Assembly (NCBI GenBank): GCA_965203055.1
Contig: OZ241863.1
Coordinates: 73,313-137,312, forward strand
Reading direction: 5' to 3'
Length of the DNA stretch: 64,000 nt
DNA from: Spirochaetia bacterium
GTDB lineage: Bacteria; Spirochaetota; Spirochaetia; SZUA-6; Bin103
The notes below the pieces were generated by a model. The model worked only from the letters and a program-made list of their open reading frames with translations, was not told the DNA's origin and did not search any database. The translations under genes and the position numbers were made by a program. Shown here piece after piece: positions 20,861 through 28,589 of the stretch (its first letter is position 1; every line of letters starts with the position of its first letter).

Positions 20861-21796
20861 GTGATCCGGTCGGTTCGCATCCGCGGCTTCAAGCGGTTCG
20901 GCGAGGTCGAGTTCCGGCTGCCGGGGCACGTCGTGCTGGCCGGGCCCAACGACACCGGCAAGACCACGCTGCTGCAGGCGGTCGCGGCATGGGCGCTCGC
21001 CCTGCGGCGCTGGCGGGAGCTCAACGACTTCAATCGCCGCAACGGCTACCGGCGGGCGCCGCTTGCCCGCCAGGCGTTCGCGGCGGTGCCGGTGCGCAAC
21101 TTCGACCTGCTGTGGACCGACTGCCGCTACCGCGGGCAGATCGAGATCGAGCTGCGTCACGACGCCGGCTGGGCGGTGACGATGGAGTTGATCCCCGACA
21201 GCAGCGAACAGATCTACGTGCGACCGGCGAGTTCCTCGTCCGGCGACCTGCGCCGGATCGATCCGCAGGTGGTGTTCGTGCCGCCGATGACCGGCCTCGG
21301 CACCGACGAACCGGTGCTGCAAGCCCCCAAGATCGAACAGCTTCTCGGCATCGGGCGGCCGGGTGAGGTGCTCCGCAACCTGCTGGCCGAGGCGAACCGC
21401 GACGCGGCGGCATGGGACGCGCTGCAGGCAACGATCGGCAAGCTGTTCGGCTATCGGCTGCTGCCGCCCGACGCCAGCGGCGCGCACATCCGCGCGGAAT
21501 ACACCGTGACCGATCAGGGGCCGCCGTTCGACGTGGCCAGCGCCGGCAGCGGATTCCAACAGGTCCTGATGCTGCTGGCGTTTCTCACCACCCGTCGCCG
21601 CGCCGTCCTGCTGCTGGACGAACCCGACGCCCATCTGCACGTGATCCTGCAAGACGCGATCTACCATGAGTTGCGCAGCGCCGCCGCCCGCCGCGGCTCG
21701 CAGCTCATCGTGGCCACCCATTCGGAAGTGGTCATCAACGCCGTCGAGCCGCGCGAACTCATTCGAGTCGACGCCCCTGGCACTAAGTATCACTAA
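20861..21796 (+). CDS. AAA_21/ABC-like ATPase (defence-associated family), possibly C-terminally truncated
   Basis: Walker A GPNDTGKTT, Walker B LLLDEPDAHLH, H-loop VATHS. The gene has native-like GC, but its last about 8 codons fall in the low-GC DNA that begins near 21780. Confidence 0.55.
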   Translation: MIRSVRIRGFKRFGEVEFRLPGHVVLAGPNDTGKTTLLQAVAAWALALRRWRELNDFNRRNGYRRAPLARQAFAAVPVRNFDLLWTDCRYRGQIEIELRHDAGWAVTMELIPDSSEQIYVRPASSSSGDLRRIDPQVVFVPPMTGLGTDEPVLQAPKIEQLLGIGRPGEVLRNLLAEANRDAAAWDALQATIGKLFGYRLLPPDASGAHIRAEYTVTDQGPPFDVASAGSGFQQVLMLLAFLTTRRRAVLLLDEPDAHLHVILQDAIYHELRSAAARRGSQLIVATHSEVVINAVEPRELIRVDAPGTKYH

Positions 21797-21847
21797 GATT
21801 GTCGGGTATGTAAGTTTGGTCACCCATTATGGGATACATAGAAGCCG

Positions 21848-22732
21848 ATGGACTCACCGAAGACACCGATTGACTTGTTCGGGCGCCCGGCGTACGTCCG
21901 GCCAAACGGGTCGCTGCTCAAGTGGATCGGCAACAAGTATAAGGTCGCAGAGGAGATTACCTCCTATTTCCCGGCCGAGATGCGGGCCTTCTACGACGTG
22001 TTTGTCGGCGGCGGTTCAATCCTGGCCACGGTAGCGCCGGCTCGCGGCGTGGGGTCGGACTCATTCGCGCCCTTGATCGAAATATGGAGCATGATTCGGT
22101 CCGATCCCGCTGTGGTCAAAGGGTGGTACGAGCAGCGCTGGCGGTATGCCATGTCGGGGGACCGCCGGGAGCGGTATGAAGAGATCAAGGCTTCATACAA
22201 CGCCCGGTCGAATGGAGCCGACTTCCTGTATCTCACCCGCGCTTGCTACGGCGGCGTCATCAGGTTCAGGAAGCATGACGGTTATATGTCCACGCCGGTG
22301 GGCATTCATCGGCCCATCGAGCCCCGCAACTTCGCCAAGCGGGTGGACGAATGGCACGTGAGAGTACAAGGCACCGAGTTTATTCGTGCCGATTATGCCG
22401 ACGTAATGGAACGCTGTGAGGCCGGAGATATGGTCTATTGCGACCCTCCGTATACCCACAGTCAAGCTATTTTGTATGGCGCCCAGGACTTCAGCATCGT
22501 TCAGTTGTTCGAGTCGATCGAACGCTGCAAGACGCGAGGTGTTCGCGTCGCCCTGAGCATCGATGGTACCAAGAAGTCCGGGAGTGAGAACTGCCATGTT
22601 CCCATACCGGAAGGGTTGTTCGAGCGGCAGATCCTGGTCAAGACCGGGAGATCGATGCTGCGGCGCTTTCAGATGGATGGCCAGACCCTGGAGTCGGAGG
22701 TCGTGGCGGATCGCCTATTGCTGACGTACTAA
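21848..22732 (+). CDS. Dam-class (D12, alpha-group) DNA N6-adenine methyltransferase
   Basis: KWIGNKY N-terminal motif, FVGGGS (motif I), VYCDPPY (motif IV). About 57% GC. Confidence 0.8.
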   Translation: MDSPKTPIDLFGRPAYVRPNGSLLKWIGNKYKVAEEITSYFPAEMRAFYDVFVGGGSILATVAPARGVGSDSFAPLIEIWSMIRSDPAVVKGWYEQRWRYAMSGDRRERYEEIKASYNARSNGADFLYLTRACYGGVIRFRKHDGYMSTPVGIHRPIEPRNFAKRVDEWHVRVQGTEFIRADYADVMERCEAGDMVYCDPPYTHSQAILYGAQDFSIVQLFESIERCKTRGVRVALSIDGTKKSGSENCHVPIPEGLFERQILVKTGRSMLRRFQMDGQTLESEVVADRLLLTY

Positions 22733-22750
22733 GCTCCTGATGGCGATCAG

Positions 22751-25102
22751 TCAGATGGAGGAAGCTTCAAGGGCATCCCAAAATCGCCGTATCTGTGGCG
22801 GCACGTCGCTTGCTTTGTTTGCTCCTGACATGATCTTTTCCGGCGGAAACTGTCTGCGCAAGAACTCCTTGGCTGGCCCTGAAGCTGATTTTCGATCGAT
22901 CGTCACTATACCGTGCTCAAGGAGAAGCCTGCGTAACCTGCGCCAGCGCCAGGAATCATGAAACAGACGACCCCCATCATCAACGTCGTAGATCGGATTC
23001 GCTCGCTCGTATGCGCGCATCAGCCATTCGAGCAATTCCATTGATCGATCCGACACGTTCCGCCTATCTTGATCTGAATCAGTATCTACCGATGTTCCAC
23101 AATCGGACAGCACACGCATGATCTTATCGGGAATACGTATTGTCTCCTTTCCCTTATCGATCAGACTCTGAACTCCAGCGACATCACGTGGAACCCGGAG
23201 TCCATTCAGTTCCAGCCGGGTGCTCCCGACCTCCACCATTGGCTCCTCGAGCAAGATGTTGTGTGCGTAACACTCTACAAACTTCGTGGCTCCCAAATTC
23301 GTCCGTCGTACTGTAACGCCGTCCAGCGTACAATTTCGCAAAGTGACGCCGGAAAGATCACCGCCGGGAAAGATTACGTTACTTATCTTGAGCCCTGCTA
23401 TGTCAGCCTCGTTGTTCGACCCGAATGCCTTCAACAAGGCCAAGACGATCAGTCCGGCATTTTCCCGAACCTGAGACGCTCGTCGCCATTCGTCACGTCC
23501 CGCCATCGCCAGACGGTTCAGCATTACTTGAAGATCATCAAGAGTTGACAAGGTGTCGTTTGTCATCACCTCTGCTGCAAATCGTTCAGCGACCAACTCG
23601 GGCAACGCAGCGCGACTCAGGATCGCACGCAGGTCTGAATTCGAACCGTACTGCTCGGCAATAACACGGGCAAGGAAGTAGAAGAAATAGACCTCATGCT
23701 CGAACCCGATCGTCTCATGCTTCTCACTGTGGGTGAGAAATGCAAGTGTCGGCATCCGTTCAATGATGATCTGTCTCTCAGACTCGTCAATTTCATCGTG
23801 AAGAAAAAACTCTGCGACTTCCCTTACGGATACACCATCGAGCTCGCGGGTCTCCTGGTTCCACATCTCTTCGGCAAGTTCTCGTACGATCATTTCAAGC
23901 TGATCTTCGGACAACAGCGGTCGCTGTTGGCGATCGAGGATCTTCTCCGCCTGTTCCCGCTTCAGGAAGCTATGGATCAAGGTGTCAAGCAAGTTGCCAT
24001 CTTCAGAAAATTCGCTACCCGTTAGTACCAAATCGACAGTCTTGGCAAAGAACAGCGGCTTATCCATGAGATGACTATCTTGTTGGAACGCCGCGCGGAC
24101 TTTTTTTCGTAACTCATTCTTCCTTTCCGTCGGCAGCGAGTATTGACGCGCGATCTCATTCAGGTAGTCTGACCGGTGGGCGTCGTCCCACGGCGCTATC
24201 TCCACGGGTATGTGCGACCATCGCTGTTTCCCCGTCGCAGCGGCTCGGTCGGCGCGCCGGAGGAACTCTTCCTCGTAATAAGTTGATCTAGCTGAGGTAA
24301 TTATTCTACCGTAGCCATCCAGTTGTTCCAGAAAAGTCGCCAGAGTACTGAAGGCGTCATCATACCCACTGACCCCTAGAAGCTCGTCGAATCCGTCTAT
24401 CACGGGCACCAACAGTCCTACGCGGACCAGGGTTGCAACGGAATGGTAAGTCAGGTTGACCCTCAGATCCTGCAGTTCCGTAGCAAGCGCTTCGTGCAGC
24501 CGCGCCAGGGCGCGGCCTTGCGCATTCACATATAGCAGCAACTTTCCCGTACTGCCGCGCAGGTACCGGTCGGCCTGTTGCCAGACCAGCTCCTGTAGCA
24601 CCCGCGTCTTGCCGGCGCCGGCGCCGCCGGTGGCCATGATGACCTCGGTCACATCAGGCTCGTCATCTTCCATGAGTTCAGTGAGCAACTCCGTGGCGGG
24701 TTGGGGTCCTTTCAGCACCCCGCCCCCATCCGGGCAGCGAGCTCCGGTAGGAACGAATATTTTGTCTTGTCTGGACCGATAGATCATGCGAGCGACATGC
24801 TTCAGATCTGCCATCCGTGTATCCGCAAGAAAAACGGTATACGGCAGGGTCGTACCGTTGGCGCTTGCGGTAACCTCGTGGTCTCGCGAAACCGTAAAAT
24901 TAGCTTCCCGAGGTTCGCCGCGCATTTGCCACTCGGCCTGGAGTCTCCTCCCCGTTGCAGAGATCACGTGGATACCACCCGGGTCTGCAAATGACGTCAG
25001 GTCGCTTTCGATGCGCTCGAGGTCTGCGTCGTATGTCTCGCGCACTTGATCAGCTCCCCAGTTGATGGACGGTAAGCCCCTCGCTGACCAGCGCAGCGTC
25101 AT
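22751..25102 (-). CDS. NACHT/STAND-class NTPase with unknown N-terminal domain and C-terminal pentapeptide repeats
   Basis: 783 aa. Walker A MATGGAGAGKT, Walker B VPVIDGFDEL (NACHT-style hhhhDGxDE), a long helical region, and a C-terminal run of A(D/N)LxG-type pentapeptide repeats (…NVIFPGGDLSGVTLRNCTLDGVTVRRTNLGATKFVEC…). About 52% GC. Confidence 0.7.
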   Translation of the reverse strand: MTLRWSARGLPSINWGADQVRETYDADLERIESDLTSFADPGGIHVISATGRRLQAEWQMRGEPREANFTVSRDHEVTASANGTTLPYTVFLADTRMADLKHVARMIYRSRQDKIFVPTGARCPDGGGVLKGPQPATELLTELMEDDEPDVTEVIMATGGAGAGKTRVLQELVWQQADRYLRGSTGKLLLYVNAQGRALARLHEALATELQDLRVNLTYHSVATLVRVGLLVPVIDGFDELLGVSGYDDAFSTLATFLEQLDGYGRIITSARSTYYEEEFLRRADRAAATGKQRWSHIPVEIAPWDDAHRSDYLNEIARQYSLPTERKNELRKKVRAAFQQDSHLMDKPLFFAKTVDLVLTGSEFSEDGNLLDTLIHSFLKREQAEKILDRQQRPLLSEDQLEMIVRELAEEMWNQETRELDGVSVREVAEFFLHDEIDESERQIIIERMPTLAFLTHSEKHETIGFEHEVYFFYFLARVIAEQYGSNSDLRAILSRAALPELVAERFAAEVMTNDTLSTLDDLQVMLNRLAMAGRDEWRRASQVRENAGLIVLALLKAFGSNNEADIAGLKISNVIFPGGDLSGVTLRNCTLDGVTVRRTNLGATKFVECYAHNILLEEPMVEVGSTRLELNGLRVPRDVAGVQSLIDKGKETIRIPDKIMRVLSDCGTSVDTDSDQDRRNVSDRSMELLEWLMRAYERANPIYDVDDGGRLFHDSWRWRRLRRLLLEHGIVTIDRKSASGPAKEFLRRQFPPEKIMSGANKASDVPPQIRRFWDALEASSI

Positions 25103-25649
25103 TCATCGCTGAACCGACCTCTCTGGTACGCATCCATACGACCGCATCGGGGTGGCCTGCGTGCGCTGAGAGCGCGCCCGGGAGAAGATCGTCATCGTCT
25201 GTCACAATGCCAACACAGGTCCGCGCCTGCGCCGCGGCATATAGCGCATCGCAGGCCAGCATGCCGTCTACCATTTTCTGTACGTAGCGGCGGTCGGTGC
25301 CGCTCCCGGTGGGAGGCCGCATCCGGCGCCGCACCGTGCCTCGCGGGTGAAACATCGGGAATTGGATCATCGAGGTGGCAAGCGCCGGACGGACGATCAG
25401 GCCATTGCGCCGGCCGCGCAGCACCGGCAGCAACTCATGCAGCCATGACGCATGGCGGCTCGGCCATCCCTGCTCAGTGATCCATCCTCCGTACAGCCGG
25501 AGATCGAGCTCGCGCGCGTCCGGGAACAGGGTTGCGAACGCGCGAGACACCTGCTCCACGATGGTCAGAGTAACGAGTTCCAGATCAGCTTTCGAGTTCT
25601 GGTCACGGCGGCGAAAATTGTACCAGTCGACAAGAGCCAGCCCTTGCAT
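25050..25649 (-). CDS. NYN/YacP-like (PIN-fold) nuclease domain protein
   Basis: 199 aa. N-terminal LALVDWYNF (the VDGYN-type motif of NYN/YacP) and a distal acidic cluster VGIVTDDDDLLPG. Overlaps the start of the STAND gene by 53 nt, giving the operon order NYN then STAND. Confidence 0.45.
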   Translation of the reverse strand: MQGLALVDWYNFRRRDQNSKADLELVTLTIVEQVSRAFATLFPDARELDLRLYGGWITEQGWPSRHASWLHELLPVLRGRRNGLIVRPALATSMIQFPMFHPRGTVRRRMRPPTGSGTDRRYVQKMVDGMLACDALYAAAQARTCVGIVTDDDDLLPGALSAHAGHPDAVVWMRTREVGSAMNDAALVSEGLTVHQLGS

Positions 25650-25793
25650 GAGTTACTACCCAACCCAATATACGACCTGGAGCGGGGGGTCAGCTTTGGG
25701 AAGCGGCCGGCCCGCCCGGTAGTGGTACGCGACGGGCCGGCTGCCGGTAATGGTGACGGAGGCGCTCCGGTTGCCGTTAGCCCACCCGCCTGA

Positions 25794-25877
25794 TGCCCGG
25801 AAGAGGACTCGAACCTCCACAGCCGTACGGCCACCAGACCCTGAACCTGGCGTGTCTACCAATTTCACCATCCGGGC
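25794..25877 (-). tRNA. tRNA-Leu (anticodon CAG)
   Basis: The reverse complement gives GCCCGGATGGTGAAATTGGTAGACACGCCAGGTTCAGGGTCTGGTGGCCGTACGGCTGTGGAGGTTCGAGTCCTCTTCCGGGCA: a long-arm class II tRNA with anticodon loop CTCAGGG. Its 3' end faces the low-GC islet. Confidence 0.85.
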
Positions 25878-25971
25878 AGGATGACGGTAACAACCTACCC
25901 CTGCCCGGCACTCCTGTCAAGACCTTGAGACGAGACGAGACGAGATCTGCGCCGCGCGGCGGGAGCGCCGG

Positions 25972-27639
25972 TCAGGCGGGGGCGGCGGCCCCCTGGCCGA
26001 CGGTATCGGTCGGGCCGGTGAAGCCGGGACCGCCGGCCGCCACGTAGCCGCGGCTGGCGCCGGAGCGGTCCGGGCTCACCCAGAAGGAGTACAGCGCCGC
26101 GTCGCGCAGGTGGAAGCGCAGCCGCACCGGCCGGCCCGCGAGTTCCGCCAGGCCGCCGGCATTGCCCCAGGTGACCGCCTGCCGGGTGGCATCGCCGGTC
26201 ACCGGCGCGCAGCGCTCGCGTGAGCAATGGCCGAGCGGGTTGCCGGCGGCGTCCAGCGCCTCCACCCGCAGCTCGCCGCCCGCCGCGGCGGCGTTGACGA
26301 ACAGGTGGCGGCCGCTGAAGCGCAGCGGGCGGGTGGTCAACGTGCCGCCGTCGGCGCCGGCCGCATGGGACACGAAGCCGTCGCGGCGCAGGGTCGCCAG
26401 GCCGGTGCTGCCGCCGGCGTACATGTGCGCGCCGAGCTTCGGCGAGACGCCGGAGAAGGCGCCGAAGTAGAGGTAGAGCCGGTCGCCGACGATCAGACAG
26501 CACCCGCCGCAGGAGTGGATGTAGTCGCGGTTCCAGTCGCCCGGCTGGTGGGTGCCGGCCACGATCGGCAGGCGGTCGCGGCGGTCGAAGTGGAACCCGT
26601 CCCGGCTGTAGCCCACCAGCAGCTCGGTGATCTTGGGAAACCCGCCGGCCTCGCAGATCTCGTTGGGCGGCCCGCGGTGGATCATGAAGAAACCCAGCAT
26701 GAGACTCTCGTAGCCCACGGCATCGATGTTGTAGAGCTGGGTCGGGTAACCGTGTTCCGGGGCCGGCGGGTCCAGATCGTCGGCGCCGGCCCAGTGGGCG
26801 ACTTGCTCCGGTTCCCAGGCGGCGCCGGCGAACAGGTCCGGGTGCTCGTGGTAGCCGCGCAGGCGCCCGACCGCCGGAGCGCTGGTGCGGATGCTGTATA
26901 CCCAGCGCTTGCGGAACGGGTTGTAGAAGATGGTGGTATTGTCGCCGCCGCGGCCGGTGGCGGCGCGTTCGCGCCAGTGGATGCCGTCCGCCGAGGAATA
27001 GACGTGGCCGCCCACCCACTCGTTGGCGGTGCCGGGGCCGCCCAGCTCGCCGTAGCGGAAGCCGGCGCCGCGCCGGCGGTGGTAGGCGAACATCTTGAAG
27101 CGTTCCGCGGCGCGCGCGGCCTCCTGATCGAGCCATACTCCGACGCCGTCCCGCTGATAGCTGGGCCGTAGCGGCAGCACCCGGTTGGTACCCGGCTCCA
27201 CGTCCAACTCCGGGCGCTCCCAATGCACGCCGTCGCGGCTGGTGGCCAACGCCACTCCGTCGAACCAGCCGGCGTGGTACCACAGCTTGAACAGCCCGTC
27301 CGCCGGATCGTAGAAGGCGCCGTCCTTGAATGGGCAGGCCGTGGGACACAGCCCGAAGTTCATTTCCAACGGGGTCTCCGGCACCAGCACCGGGCTTGCC
27401 TCGTGCAGCACCGGGGTATGGAACTCGCGCCGCAGGGAACTCTCGGCGATCAGAAACTCATCCACCAGGAGTTGCCGCCCCACGTCGATGGGGATCACCG
27501 CCGGCGGCCGCTCCAGGTAGGGGACCGGCCCCGGCTCCCGCGCCTCGCGCGCCAGCCCGCGCGGCGGCCACTCCGCAGGTTGCTCGATCCCGTTGTAGCT
27601 CACCGCGCCTGTTTCTCCCGTGCCTTCGCCGTTGCCCAT
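25972..27639 (-). CDS. Beta-propeller glycoside hydrolase-like protein (GH43/GH32/GH130-clan-like)
   Basis: 555 aa with repeated W/Y…D…G blades (WYHAGWF, YSSADGIHW, VGYSRDGFHF). The assignment is tentative. Confidence 0.3.
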   Translation of the reverse strand: MGNGEGTGETGAVSYNGIEQPAEWPPRGLAREAREPGPVPYLERPPAVIPIDVGRQLLVDEFLIAESSLRREFHTPVLHEASPVLVPETPLEMNFGLCPTACPFKDGAFYDPADGLFKLWYHAGWFDGVALATSRDGVHWERPELDVEPGTNRVLPLRPSYQRDGVGVWLDQEAARAAERFKMFAYHRRRGAGFRYGELGGPGTANEWVGGHVYSSADGIHWRERAATGRGGDNTTIFYNPFRKRWVYSIRTSAPAVGRLRGYHEHPDLFAGAAWEPEQVAHWAGADDLDPPAPEHGYPTQLYNIDAVGYESLMLGFFMIHRGPPNEICEAGGFPKITELLVGYSRDGFHFDRRDRLPIVAGTHQPGDWNRDYIHSCGGCCLIVGDRLYLYFGAFSGVSPKLGAHMYAGGSTGLATLRRDGFVSHAAGADGGTLTTRPLRFSGRHLFVNAAAAGGELRVEALDAAGNPLGHCSRERCAPVTGDATRQAVTWGNAGGLAELAGRPVRLRFHLRDAALYSFWVSPDRSGASRGYVAAGGPGFTGPTDTVGQGAAAPA

Positions 27640-28004
27640 ATCCGCTTCGCTTCCTCCTCGGTGACTTCGGTGCCGTCGAACACGAACGGCTTGCGCCGCT
27701 GCATCTTGGCCACCACCTGATCCAGCACTTCATGCGCCGCGAAGTAGCCGCTACGTTCCGCCAACAGCGCGCAGACTACGACGTCCCACAGCAGATCGCC
27801 AAGTTCCTCGCGGAGATTCTCGTGGTCGCGGTTGGCGACCGCGAGCAGTACCTCGTCGGCTTCGGCGCGCAGCTCCGCCGCGTACTGCTCCACGGTGCGC
27901 GTCGTGGTCCACGGGCAGCGGGCCAGCACCTTGCGCGCCGCGGCCGCCAGTTCCACAAAGCTCTCCGTCACGAGTCGTTCGCTCATCTGGAATCTCATCA
28001 TCAT
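27600..28004 (-). CDS. MazG-like nucleotide pyrophosphohydrolase domain protein
   Basis: Start at MMMRFQ. EELGDLLWDVV and ExxE motifs typical of MazG/NTP-PPase all-alpha proteins. Confidence 0.65.
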   Translation of the reverse strand: MMMRFQMSERLVTESFVELAAAARKVLARCPWTTTRTVEQYAAELRAEADEVLLAVANRDHENLREELGDLLWDVVVCALLAERSGYFAAHEVLDQVVAKMQRRKPFVFDGTEVTEEEAKRIWATAKAREKQAR

Positions 28005-28059
28005 TATATGCTGCGGCTGCCGGCTCCGCATCGGAGCCGCTGCCCGCCGCCGGCGGTGA

Positions 28060-28581
28060 ATGAATGGACCCGGTCGATTCGGCCGTGGTATGACCCACGG
28101 CGTGGAGCAGCTCCCAATGATCTCCCTGCGCGTCAACGGCGCGGCGCGCCGCGTGCCGGCGCCGCCCGACACCCCGTTGCTGCTGGTGCTGCGCAACGAC
28201 CTGCAGCTCGGCAGCCCCAAGTACGGCTGCGGCGCGGAGCAGTGCGGGGCCTGCATGGTGCTGATCGACGGCAACGCGGCGCCCACCTGCCGGCTGCCGG
28301 TGAGCGCCGCCGCGGGGCGCGAGATCGTCACCGTCGAAGGGCTGGCGCCGGGCAGCGCCCTGCACCCGGTTCAGCAGGCGTTCATCGACGGCAACGCAGT
28401 GCAGTGCGGCTACTGCGCGAGCGGCGTAATGATTGCGGGCGCGGCGCTGCTGGCGCGCAACCCGACGCCCACGCGGGCCGAGATCCAGGCGGCCCTGGAC
28501 CGCAACATCTGCCGGTGCGGGGCGCACAACCGCATGATCGCCGCGCTCCGGCGGGCCGCGGCCGCCGCGGCCGCGGACTGA
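28060..28581 (+). CDS. (2Fe-2S)-binding small subunit of a molybdopterin-dependent oxidoreductase (CoxS/IorA-like)
   Basis: CGxGxCGACxV and CGYC cysteine clusters. A possible true start is at MISLRVNG (about 28117). Confidence 0.8.
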   Translation: MNGPGRFGRGMTHGVEQLPMISLRVNGAARRVPAPPDTPLLLVLRNDLQLGSPKYGCGAEQCGACMVLIDGNAAPTCRLPVSAAAGREIVTVEGLAPGSALHPVQQAFIDGNAVQCGYCASGVMIAGAALLARNPTPTRAEIQAALDRNICRCGAHNRMIAALRRAAAAAAAD

Positions 28582-28589
28582 CCCGGCGC

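Noticed and set aside
25925-25950. Short GAGAC pentamer microsatellite (about 3.5 copies) between the GH-like gene and tRNA-Leu
   Set aside because: Too short and imperfect to call a functional repeat. Likely a chance low-complexity run in an intergenic spacer.
27330-28589. N-terminal 420 aa of the 1120-aa ORF 27330..30692
   Set aside because: Antisense to the GH-like and MazG genes. The real gene (MoCo large subunit) starts at 28590, right after the 2Fe-2S subunit. The upstream translation is R/P/A-rich junk.
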